Positions 47,231-55,505 of a stretch of 64,000 nt of DNA are shown piece after piece (position 1 is the first letter of the stretch; each line of letters begins with the position of its first letter). The DNA comes from Burkholderiaceae bacterium. Its GTDB lineage: Bacteria > Pseudomonadota > Gammaproteobacteria > Burkholderiales > Burkholderiaceae_E. The notes beneath the pieces were generated by a model. The model did not search any database. It was not told where the DNA came from and was given only the letters and a program-made list of their open reading frames with translations. The stretch is taken from the NCBI GenBank assembly GCA_044355655.1, contig JBIKXS010000008.1, positions 23,054-87,053 on the forward strand. The letters are read 5' to 3'. Made by a program: the position numbers and the translations under genes.

Positions 47231-48705
47231 TAACGCGTGACGTCGATCGTTACGGAAAGGATCTCGACCTGCGTGCGGATCGATTGGGCATTCGCCTGAT
47301 AATTACGCTGTTGCACCATCAGCCGTACAAGCTCACCAGCCATATCGGTATTGGCTTCCTCGACAGCATTCGATCGGATACTGCCGAAAATACTATCCGC
47401 GGCACGCCCTGTAATCGGATCACCTGATTGCTGGGTTGCTTCATACGTATTATTGGAAACCTCACGAAGCCCCCCAAGACCTTTAAATGTTGCTAACTGG
47501 ATGGCACCTGCAACGAGTGTCCTACCGTTCGTGAATTGACCCCGCAAAATACCCTTGTCATCGACCGACAACCCCGTTAGTGAACCCGCCGCGTACCCAT
47601 CTTGCTCTACTTTCTTCACCTCAAATGCAGAGGCAAAATTCGTCGTTCCGGAGAAATCCAATTTAAACTTAATTGGATCGCTAAGTAGTAGCGCAGGATC
47701 CAAGATGTCTGCGGTATCCGTTGAAGTTGGTGGTTGCAGATCAAACTCCAGCGACAAATTACCAACCTCGTCCGGACCGATTTCTGCCAAAGTCGCCGAA
47801 GTTAACTCAGCACCTCCGATTTTTACCAACCTGCCTTCAGAAAAACCGAAACGTGCAACGGCAGAGGGACCAACCTTCCCGGTCGTCGACTCCAAATCTT
47901 CCGCATTCTCAGGTAAACCGTCCAAGTTGGACTTATCAGGCATATCCACAACGGTAACAGAGCCCTCACCCTCACTAGGTGGTGCAAATCGCTGACCGTC
48001 AATATTCACAAATACGTCGTAAACTCTCGGCTCAACCCTACGAAAATACATCGTGACTGAGTGCTGCCGCCCCAACTTGTCGTATAAAGGAAATTGCTGA
48101 ACGTGAGAATAAGTACTCGGATCATCGGTATTTAGCACGTTAGTCAACTCATCCTGACCTTTCGTGACTTTGTCTGGCACGATGGTACTACGGGCATCTA
48201 AGTTAACTGACAGAAACGCGCTTGTTGTTCGGTTTGGTGGCATCGGCGAAGCGGGTTCCTTCAACGGACCAACTTTGTCTGTAACATTTGTGAAATCAGA
48301 ATTCGGTTGATAGCCATACAAATACAGCCCGCTAGCGCTAACAATACTCCCCTCCTTGTCCGTTAAAAATTGTCCACTACGAGTATAAAAAGTTTTTTCG
48401 GGTGAAGGTTCTTTAAACAGGCCCACGACAAACATACCATCGCCATTAATTGCCATGTCAAGAGGTGATGCAGAGTACTTAGAAGAGCCAGCTGCATAAG
48501 TACGACGAGTTACACCACCGGTACCTTGAGACCCGAATCGACCGGACGAACTTGGCTGCAATGATCTCGTTAATGCCTCCTGGAACAAGTATTCAGAGGC
48601 CTTATACCCGCTAACATTTGAAGCAGCAATGTTTTTACTTGCCACTTCAATGGCGCCAGAATTGGCCTGCAAAGCATTTAAACCAATTGAAAATCCGCTT
48701 GACAT
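47230..48705 (-). CDS. flgE: flagellar hook protein FlgE
   Basis: 491 aa with the N-terminus FSIGLNALQANSGAIEVASKNIAASNVSGYK, a large variable middle and the C-terminus EEANTDMAGELVRLMVQQRNYQANAQSIRT. Confidence 0.92.
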   Translation of the reverse strand: MSSGFSIGLNALQANSGAIEVASKNIAASNVSGYKASEYLFQEALTRSLQPSSSGRFGSQGTGGVTRRTYAAGSSKYSASPLDMAINGDGMFVVGLFKEPSPEKTFYTRSGQFLTDKEGSIVSASGLYLYGYQPNSDFTNVTDKVGPLKEPASPMPPNRTTSAFLSVNLDARSTIVPDKVTKGQDELTNVLNTDDPSTYSHVQQFPLYDKLGRQHSVTMYFRRVEPRVYDVFVNIDGQRFAPPSEGEGSVTVVDMPDKSNLDGLPENAEDLESTTGKVGPSAVARFGFSEGRLVKIGGAELTSATLAEIGPDEVGNLSLEFDLQPPTSTDTADILDPALLLSDPIKFKLDFSGTTNFASAFEVKKVEQDGYAAGSLTGLSVDDKGILRGQFTNGRTLVAGAIQLATFKGLGGLREVSNNTYEATQQSGDPITGRAADSIFGSIRSNAVEEANTDMAGELVRLMVQQRNYQANAQSIRTQVEILSVTIDVTR

Positions 48706-48762
48706 GAGCTTACTCTCCTGAGAACCTAAATCGATCTAAAAATATAAATAAAGTCGGCACAA

Positions 48763-49482
48763 CTAAATCCCGCTTGCAAGCGTTTCTGCCGATCCGATTT
48801 GCATGATTTGTGTATCGTTAACCACTCGCCCGTCATTCAGTTGAACCTGAACTGATGAACCAACACGCTGGACACTTTGTACAATTGCACCCGTTAATGC
48901 ATTACCCTTACCCGTCTTACCGTCGAAGGTCAAACCTTCAATCGAGATTCGATAAACCCCAGTTCGAGCCGCGGCACCCTCCTTGGTGTTGCCATCCCAA
49001 CTCAACGACTTAATCTCAGGGCCAAGGCTTCCCAGCGATATTTCGTCAACGATACTACCGTCTAAACCTGTAATGCGAAGTGTGGCGTTAGAAAGCATCG
49101 TATCGGCATTAACTGCGAAATTTACTGGAGTTTGCCCATCCCAATTAACAGAGGATGCTGCTGCGAGCACCTCTCGACCAATCAGGGCGGATTGATCAAG
49201 TAATCGGCCACTCGACACTTGTTTCACAAAACTGTCAATTGATGTCCGCATGTTTTCGATGCCTTGCAATTGACTCATTTGAGCCAACTGGGATGCAAAC
49301 TGCGCGTTATCCATTGGATTTAGCGGATTTTGGTTTTGCATCTGCGCAACCAACATTTTCATGAAATTATTTTGGATTTCTTCTGCGGTACTTCCGATAT
49401 TTGTATTTGAGGTTTTAACCTGATTCGCCGTTGCAGGATCGTAACGAGGAATCAAACTAAGGTTACCAGTCGATGTTGCCAT
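48763..49482 (-). CDS. flgD: flagellar hook capping/assembly protein FlgD
   Basis: 239 aa with FMKMLVAQMQNQNPLNPMDNAQFASQLAQMSQLQG. Confidence 0.92.
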   Translation of the reverse strand: MATSTGNLSLIPRYDPATANQVKTSNTNIGSTAEEIQNNFMKMLVAQMQNQNPLNPMDNAQFASQLAQMSQLQGIENMRTSIDSFVKQVSSGRLLDQSALIGREVLAAASSVNWDGQTPVNFAVNADTMLSNATLRITGLDGSIVDEISLGSLGPEIKSLSWDGNTKEGAAARTGVYRISIEGLTFDGKTGKGNALTGAIVQSVQRVGSSVQVQLNDGRVVNDTQIMQIGSAETLASGI

Positions 49483-49485
49483 TTG

Positions 49486-49893
49486 TTAGCTCCTACCTAA
49501 ATCAAGCATCTTGAGCATTAATTGCTTGCTTGTATTCATCACTTCAACATTCATCTGGTAGCTGCGCGATGCAGATACCATGTCGACCATCACCTCAACA
49601 GGATTCACATTCGGCATTTGAATGTAGCCACTGGCATCGGCACTTGGGTGGCCAGGCTTATAAACTTTGGGGCCATCGCGCATATCCTCCTTCACCGCCG
49701 CCACTTCAACACCGGCAGCAACCTCACCAAGTATCGGCGCCGGTCTAAATACGACATGCTTGGGCCGATAGGGCTTCCCATCAGGACCAGATACCGACTC
49801 TGCGTTTGCCAAATTAGAGGCTAAAGCATTCATTCGCAATGACTGCGACGAAAGCGCTGTGGATGCAACCTGAAAACTACGCATCAAACTCAT
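49486..49893 (-). CDS. flgC: flagellar basal-body rod protein FlgC
   Basis: 135 aa with SLRMNALASNLANAESV... and the C-terminus NVNPVEVMVDMVSASRSYQMNVEV. Confidence 0.93.
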   Translation of the reverse strand: MSLMRSFQVASTALSSQSLRMNALASNLANAESVSGPDGKPYRPKHVVFRPAPILGEVAAGVEVAAVKEDMRDGPKVYKPGHPSADASGYIQMPNVNPVEVMVDMVSASRSYQMNVEVMNTSKQLMLKMLDLGRS

Positions 49894-49939
49894 TTTTAGT
49901 CTCGACTATCGCCTAATCTTGGCCCGGTCAGTCCCGGAC

Positions 49940-50356
49940 CTATTGGTTGCCGGTGAGTGCAAGTCGCCGCGATGCGATCACACTATTGAGCATGGTCATC
50001 GCAGCTTCAGTACGGACCGCGTTGTCCGCGAAATGGGATCGCTCGGTTTCGACGTCTACGGTATTGCCATCGAGCGCCGGTTGCATCGGCATGCGGTATA
50101 ACAAAGCAGGCGCACCAGGCAACGACCCGCCTATACGATAGTGCCGATCATTACTCGCCGATAGTGGAAGTGCGTTTGAGTAAGCCGTGCCTTCAACTTG
50201 CTCGCGAAGCGCCTGAGAAAATAGAACATCCCTAGCTTTGTATCCAGGCGTATCTACATTCGCCATGTTGGACGCAAGAATTTGCTGCCTGTAGCCACGC
50301 ATCCGTAACGCGGCCTCAGAAAAGAATAAGGGGTCAAACTCAGGCACGAGATTCAT
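49940..50356 (-). CDS. flgB: flagellar basal-body rod protein FlgB
   Basis: The start is set to the ATG at 50356 (MNLVPEFDPLFF...ILASNMANVDTPGYKARD), which has a GGAG Shine-Dalgarno sequence 7 nt upstream. The longer 50404 ORF would contain the sigma54 promoter. Confidence 0.9.
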   Translation of the reverse strand: MNLVPEFDPLFFSEAALRMRGYRQQILASNMANVDTPGYKARDVLFSQALREQVEGTAYSNALPLSASNDRHYRIGGSLPGAPALLYRMPMQPALDGNTVDVETERSHFADNAVRTEAAMTMLNSVIASRRLALTGNQ

Positions 50357-50387
50357 GGAGACTCCAACTTTCGAACAAGATAGAAAT

Positions 50388-50403
50388 AGCAATCCTCGTG
50401 CCA
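50388..50403 (-). promoter_or_regulatory. sigma54 (-24/-12) promoter of the flgB operon
   Basis: The minus strand reads TGGCAC-GAGGA-TTGCT, a full match to TGGCAC-N5-TTGCW. The -12 element lies about 32 nt upstream of the flgB ATG. Confidence 0.8.
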
Positions 50404-50531
50404 ATCCGACAAACGGTATATTTAAATGGCCTCAACGGCCTAAACTAATTGAAAGGACAGGAGATAGTCATTGAGAACGGCAAGCGATGCCGAGCAGGCG
50501 AGCAGAGCGGCAATAAATGCCGGATGTTGAT

Positions 50532-52025
50532 TTAGGGCTTATTAGAACCGAGGCCAAGTACTGGGCGACCGTTAAGCGCTTGAAGCGGCCGCGCGCCCTC
50601 ACCGAGCAATCTTGACAGCTCAGTCCACTGAGCCTTGGGCAGCGTTAGCGACTGGTGAGCGAGCAGCCAAAGGACCGATTCAGTACAGGGGGGATAAGAA
50701 AGGGATCCGGTAAACAAGACAGCTGATTGCATCGGCATGGGAAGCAGTAATTGCGGATCCATTTGCATACCCATCCAACTCAACCTTTCAGTTGAATCAA
50801 AAGGGAATCGGCGAAGCAATGTTGAAATCGCTGGGTTTCTTTGTGCCTTAGCATCGATTTCGATAGGCACAGCGATGATCAACAGTCGGCTTCCCTGTCG
50901 ATGAATAAAATGAACTGCCCCAGCAGGTGCTTTTTCACCTACAAAGGGTTCACCAGGGAAACGAAACTGTATTGAGTCAAGCGAGAACATTTCGCCGCGA
51001 AACATGGATCGGGAATTGCCATCCAAGTGCGCTGTCCACAACGGCCCCTGGCGAGACCAACTAAATCCCTGCATTTGCCAAGTTAATGCTGGCAATGCTG
51101 GACCAGTTGCACCAACCACCTGTTGTTCGGCAATTGATGGCGGCGACTGAACTTTACCGGTTGAGCACATCGAATAAGACGGATCGAGTCTACCCCAGGC
51201 CTGTGGCCCTCGCGGTCCGGACCAATCCCAGGGTTGATGTTGACCGCTCATTGAACTTGAGTTCATGCCAGCATTCAGTGAAGCGTCGGCTGAACCTTTC
51301 GATCTGCCAGCAACATCTTTATCCTCGCCCACTGGTGATTGCTTAGAAGCGTCCGCACCAGGGCGCGTAGACGCACCCGCAGCATCATCGCCATCTTTTT
51401 GCTTTTCAGTCGTTTTAGTGGCAACAACGCGACCTTTACCCGGCGTCGTTTCTGACTTTCCCGTGGGCGTATCTGGGCTTACTCTCAGCACAACCTCACC
51501 GTCTTTGCCCAATTTGTCCTGCAAGAGTCCTCTAACTTTCTCCTCGAGTGGATCAACTGCCAAAGACTGCCCTTCGGCAGCTGGCGCGACACCCGATTTG
51601 GGTACCGCACCGGACTTTTGCACAGGCGGCGCACCGGGCATCACTTTCAAATCATTAATCGGTCGACCTGAAGGCGTTTGTGCAGCATCTGCTTTAGCGT
51701 CGACTGGCCGTACTCCGACAGCTTTAGCGTCGGCGGATTTTGTGTCAGCAGCTTTTGAAAGAGCCGGCTTTAGCTCAGGGGCTTTGGCATCAACAGGCTT
51801 TGCTTCAGCCTGCTTGTTGTCGGCCTGTCTGTTATCGGCCTGCTTGTTGTCTTTTGACTTCGAAACTAAGGCATCGCTCGGCTTTGCAATTGCTGGTTTT
51901 GCCGTCGGCTCAATTAACTTTGACTTCTCGGCTGGACTCGGACTGTCTGCCGCATAAACTGAAAAAGGGGTGGCTTGGAAAGTGGCCACACCAAGCAGCA
52001 GGCTTGCTGCAAGACGCTTATTCAT
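50532..52025 (-). CDS. secreted alpha-carbonic-anhydrase-fold protein with a degenerate zinc site and a long K/A/D/P-rich N-terminal region
   Basis: Signal peptide MNKRLAASLLLGVATFQATPFSVYA. About 250 aa of low complexity follow, including 15-bp DNA repeats encoding KQADNRQADNKQAE. The C-terminal ~230 aa show alpha-CA landmarks: WDWSGPRGPQAWGRL, MCSTGKVQSPPSI, GSLSYPPCTESVLWLL, RPLQALNGRPV. However, QFHFH is replaced by QFRFP. The ATG at 52025 is preferred over the GTG at 52043. Confidence 0.7.
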   Translation of the reverse strand: MNKRLAASLLLGVATFQATPFSVYAADSPSPAEKSKLIEPTAKPAIAKPSDALVSKSKDNKQADNRQADNKQAEAKPVDAKAPELKPALSKAADTKSADAKAVGVRPVDAKADAAQTPSGRPINDLKVMPGAPPVQKSGAVPKSGVAPAAEGQSLAVDPLEEKVRGLLQDKLGKDGEVVLRVSPDTPTGKSETTPGKGRVVATKTTEKQKDGDDAAGASTRPGADASKQSPVGEDKDVAGRSKGSADASLNAGMNSSSMSGQHQPWDWSGPRGPQAWGRLDPSYSMCSTGKVQSPPSIAEQQVVGATGPALPALTWQMQGFSWSRQGPLWTAHLDGNSRSMFRGEMFSLDSIQFRFPGEPFVGEKAPAGAVHFIHRQGSRLLIIAVPIEIDAKAQRNPAISTLLRRFPFDSTERLSWMGMQMDPQLLLPMPMQSAVLFTGSLSYPPCTESVLWLLAHQSLTLPKAQWTELSRLLGEGARPLQALNGRPVLGLGSNKP

Positions 52026-52066
52026 GAGCAGAAACCTTTGCACAAATTCATCAAGAACTGGCTAAA

Positions 52067-52942
52067 TCAGGGGCGCTTGACGGCGTCAGGCGGAACGGTC
52101 GGGCCACATGCACCTGGTATGGGACAGGCCCCAGTCATTTCGGGCGACTGGTTCGCGCTTGAGTTCGAGCCTGAGCGCGCTAGATTACTAGCTGCTGTGG
52201 GTTTCACATCCGCGGTACTCACGGCATTGCGCGGCCTGGGCTTAACAACCTGCTTGCCTGGCTTAATTGCTTCAAAGGGTTCCGGGGGCTGTTGTTGAAT
52301 TGCAATTGGCGCAGGTGGTGGGACGGGCGCAGTGATCGCCGGTGGTTTGGACTCAGCAACAGGTTGCGGTTGCGGCGCAAATCGGGCCGCACAAGTTGGT
52401 AAAGCGACCTGTGACTGGTTGACCCCAAAATCACCTGGCAAAACAGCCTGTACTGGGTCTTTTTCACCTGTCGTAACCATTGCAATCAAAGGGCTAAATA
52501 ATCCAGTTTGCCGAACTGGAAATTCAGGCTCAGGATCCAACTTTGCCTGACAGTCTGTCATCCGCTTGTCGATATCACGCCTTGACAGGAAGTAACCATC
52601 GCGAAGTAAATTCGCTGTCGTCTGAACACAGTTATGCCAAACCCAAATCTTGTCAGGAGCTGGGTACTTTAGCGCTTGAGCCGACTTCGCAAACCCTTCT
52701 GCGGAACAAGATAAGAATTCCCCTTCTGTCCTAAGCTGTTCACAAAACGTTCCCCTGGGCTTGTACTGCGCCCTGCAATCAAGACTAGCCCTGTCCCAGG
52801 CCTGCGCAACCGCAGCATTTCGATCCTTCAGCGTTGGCAAGGCAGGCAAGTCATCGATCCGGGGTAATTTGGGCATTGTTTCCAAGCATCCCGCTAGTAC
52901 CAATGCGAAGCCAACAACAAAAAGTCTACAAATAGTGCGCAT
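52067..52942 (-). CDS. hypothetical Cys-rich lipoprotein with a Pro-rich C-terminal half
   Basis: 291 aa with the lipobox VLAGC-LE, at least 9 further Cys residues and the tail QPQPVAESKPPAITAPVPPPAPIAIQQQPPEP.... It lies 20 nt after fliR and 24-42 nt before the CA-like gene. I recognise no family. Confidence 0.6.
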   Translation of the reverse strand: MRTICRLFVVGFALVLAGCLETMPKLPRIDDLPALPTLKDRNAAVAQAWDRASLDCRAQYKPRGTFCEQLRTEGEFLSCSAEGFAKSAQALKYPAPDKIWVWHNCVQTTANLLRDGYFLSRRDIDKRMTDCQAKLDPEPEFPVRQTGLFSPLIAMVTTGEKDPVQAVLPGDFGVNQSQVALPTCAARFAPQPQPVAESKPPAITAPVPPPAPIAIQQQPPEPFEAIKPGKQVVKPRPRNAVSTADVKPTAASNLARSGSNSSANQSPEMTGACPIPGACGPTVPPDAVKRP

Positions 52943-52962
52943 AACAATGCCCCACTGGAGGT

Positions 52963-53754
52963 TCAGTTTGACCCAAAAGCCATGCGAATAACCCCGTAGG
53001 CAGCTTCGAGTGAACGTTGCAGAGCCTCAGGAAACACGGGCAAGAGAATATAGATGAGGAATACACCAATTGGGATCGAAATGGCAAATCCAATCGAAAA
53101 AAGATTCATTTGCGGACTAGTGCGTCCCATGAATCCTTGAGCGGCCATCACGACAAGATTAATTGCTACGAAGGGAAGGGCTAAGATGAGACCGATCCCG
53201 AAACAAGTCGCCAACAATGTGGAGACCCCCCTCAACTCAAGCGCTTTGGGCCATTGGCCCGGCGGCAGCGCTCTGAATGATTCAAAAAGTATTTCAATGG
53301 CAACCAAATGAAGATTGAGTCCAAACATCAATGCTAAAGCAACGAGTCCAAACAAAGTACCCAGAACGCCTGAAGGTAATGCCTGATCCGGGTTGTAGTT
53401 GGACGCGAAAGACAAACCGGTTTGAATGCTTATCACTTCAGCAGCTACATCAAAAACGACTAACCCCACCCGAATCAACCAGCCCATAACTAGTCCGATT
53501 AACAGTTCTGTAGCCGCTAGGGCCATGAACCCACTTGTCGAGGTATTGATCGAAATGGTCGACAAAGCGCCGACCTGAATCGGAATTCCGAACGCAACGA
53601 CGAGCGCTAAGGCAACCCGAAAACGTGCGGGGATTGTTTGAAGCGCAAAAAAAGGCGCAGAAAGAAATAAGCCAATCACCCGTGTTCCGGCAAGGATCCC
53701 CGGCAAGAAGACAGTCTCAATTAATGTCTGAGGAATTGAAAGCATGGCAGACAA
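52963..53754 (-). CDS. fliR: flagellar export apparatus protein FliR
   Basis: 263 aa polytopic membrane protein in the position after fliQ, with the motif GLVMGW...ISIQTGLSFA. Confidence 0.9.
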   Translation of the reverse strand: MSAMLSIPQTLIETVFLPGILAGTRVIGLFLSAPFFALQTIPARFRVALALVVAFGIPIQVGALSTISINTSTSGFMALAATELLIGLVMGWLIRVGLVVFDVAAEVISIQTGLSFASNYNPDQALPSGVLGTLFGLVALALMFGLNLHLVAIEILFESFRALPPGQWPKALELRGVSTLLATCFGIGLILALPFVAINLVVMAAQGFMGRTSPQMNLFSIGFAISIPIGVFLIYILLPVFPEALQRSLEAAYGVIRMAFGSN

Positions 53755-53782
53755 GATCTTGGACCATCAATCAAAAAAGTAA

Positions 53783-54052
53783 TCATTGGGTCAAGGCGGG
53801 GATCCGCGCCAGCACATCCCGAACATAATCCACAAAAAGCGACAACATTGATGACCCACCAACGCCGATAATTAGGGCCGTTACGATCAACTTCGGAACA
53901 AAGGTTAGCGTCTGTTCGTTAACTGAAGTAGCCGCTTGCAAAACGCCGATAAGTAGTCCTAATGCGAGGATGCCCAGCAGAATTGGGCCAGACAGAAGTG
54001 CCATCATCAAAATCGCCCTGAGCACATGACCAACTATTTCACTACTATCCAT
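53783..54052 (-). CDS. fliQ: flagellar export apparatus protein FliQ
   Basis: 89 aa with LLSGPILLGILALGLLIGVLQAATSVNEQTLTFVPKL. Confidence 0.93.
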   Translation of the reverse strand: MDSSEIVGHVLRAILMMALLSGPILLGILALGLLIGVLQAATSVNEQTLTFVPKLIVTALIIGVGGSSMLSLFVDYVRDVLARIPALTQ

Positions 54053-54063
54053 GAGTTCTCTCG

Positions 54064-55110
54064 CTATGCGCTCATCTTGAAGCTATCCACTAAACCCCCG
54101 ATGAGCATGGCCCAGCCATCAGCCAAAACAAATACGATGAGCTTAAGCGGAAGCGCGAAAGTAATAGGAGAAACCATCACCATGCCAAGTGCAGTAAGGA
54201 TACTTGCAACGGCAAAATCAATCGCCAAAAAAGGTAGGTAAATCACGAAACCAATTAAGAATGCAGTCCTTATTTCACTGATTGCAAATGCTGGGATCAC
54301 GGTCGTCATGGGAACATCTTCGGGCTTCGCATAGGTTTTTCCCGAAAGCTTTACAAAAAGATTCAAATCATCGGCTCGTGTTTGACGCAACATGAAGCCC
54401 TTCACAGGTTCAATACCGCGATCAATCGCTTGTTCGAAGTTTATCCTGCCTGAAACGTAAGGCTGCCAAGCATCTGCGTAAACTTTTTCAGTCACCGGCG
54501 CCATAACAGCGGCCGTTATAAAAAGCGCAAGCCCAACGAGAACCGCGTTCGGAGGGGTTGTAACCAAACCCATCGCTTGCCGCAACAAAGAAAGTACAAT
54601 TAGGATTCGAGTGAAGCTCGTCATGAGCATGAGCATCGCTGGCAGAAAAGACAAGGCCGTTAGCAGAATGACCGTCTGGACCGGTACCGAGTAGTTCGTA
54701 CCCCCTCCTTTTGAGGGAACCGATTCAAACAATGGGATGTTTTGAGCTATTGCCTCAAGCGGTGCGGTTAATGCCAGACCACCAAAAATAAACAGAAGTA
54801 CTGTTACTAGGCGTAACCCACCCAGCCCGATCGATGCTAAACCTGCAGATTGCGCTGGCTTCATCTCTTCAGCGGTTGCATTTCGCCGATCAATCAACTG
54901 TATATGTTGACTCGTCACGCCAAGCACTAATACCTCTTCTCCCTGTAAGACCTCGACCAATCGCTCGCGGTGTCCGAGTGGAAGTGTCGACAGGATTCTT
55001 AGACTACTATGTGAGGGTATCCTGCGCCACGACCTGGCGATTATGCCAACCGCTAGTGCGACCAAGGCAACAAGCACTAGGAAAATTAGGCTCGCATTTG
55101 CCGTTTCCAT
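54064..55110 (-). CDS. fliP: FliO-FliP fusion protein (export apparatus)
   Basis: 348 aa in one open frame. Residues 1-80 resemble FliO: a TM helix plus LRILSTLPLGHRERLVEVLQGEEVLVLGVTSQHIQLI, compared with E. coli LKISASASLGARERVVVVDVEDARLVLGVTAGQINLL. From about residue 100 it is full-length FliP (signal-like LRLVTVLLFIFGGLALTAPLEAIA, then PVQTVILLTALSFLPAMLMLMTSFTRILIVLSLLRQA...). Confidence 0.85.
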   Translation of the reverse strand: METANASLIFLVLVALVALAVGIIARSWRRIPSHSSLRILSTLPLGHRERLVEVLQGEEVLVLGVTSQHIQLIDRRNATAEEMKPAQSAGLASIGLGGLRLVTVLLFIFGGLALTAPLEAIAQNIPLFESVPSKGGGTNYSVPVQTVILLTALSFLPAMLMLMTSFTRILIVLSLLRQAMGLVTTPPNAVLVGLALFITAAVMAPVTEKVYADAWQPYVSGRINFEQAIDRGIEPVKGFMLRQTRADDLNLFVKLSGKTYAKPEDVPMTTVIPAFAISEIRTAFLIGFVIYLPFLAIDFAVASILTALGMVMVSPITFALPLKLIVFVLADGWAMLIGGLVDSFKMSA

Positions 55111-55154
55111 AAGTTACAAATACAACCTAGACGGGCCGCAAACAGCCCAGTCAA

Positions 55155-55505
55155 TCAACGGTTGAGTTTACGCAAACGCTCAGTGGGCGTCACGATATCG
55201 GTCAGGCGGATGCCATAGCGGTCATTCACGATCACGACTTCACCTTGCGCAATCAAACAGCCATTGACCATAACATCGAGCGGTTCGCCAGCCAGCACAT
55301 CGAGTTCGACGACAGAGCCATAAGAAAGTGCCAGCAGGTTTCGAATTTGCATCTTGGCACGGCCAAGTTCAACGGTGACGTTAACAGGAATATCAAGCAC
55401 CAAATCGATATCGTTCACACCACCGTCAGCGCCACCGATATCAAAATTATCAAAGCTGACTGACTGGGCATCGCCCGACAAACCGCCAGAAGATTCGTTG
55501 CTCAT
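55155..55505 (-). CDS. fliN: flagellar motor switch protein FliN
   Basis: 116 aa with the SpoA domain IPVNVTVELGRAKMQIRNLLALSYGSVVELD...VNGCLIAQGEVVIVNDRYGIRLTDI. Confidence 0.93.
   Translation of the reverse strand: MSNESSGGLSGDAQSVSFDNFDIGGADGGVNDIDLVLDIPVNVTVELGRAKMQIRNLLALSYGSVVELDVLAGEPLDVMVNGCLIAQGEVVIVNDRYGIRLTDIVTPTERLRKLNR

Noticed and set aside
50357-50404. Longer FlgB start (MARGLLFLSCSKVGVS...)
   Set aside because: The extension contains the consensus sigma54 promoter, and the shorter start has a GGAG Shine-Dalgarno sequence.
50532-51230. Active periplasmic carbonic anhydrase
   Set aside because: By eye the HFH zinc motif is RFP, and the proton-shuttle His and the Thr199 equivalent are replaced. 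I therefore call it a pseudoenzyme, pending a formal alignment.
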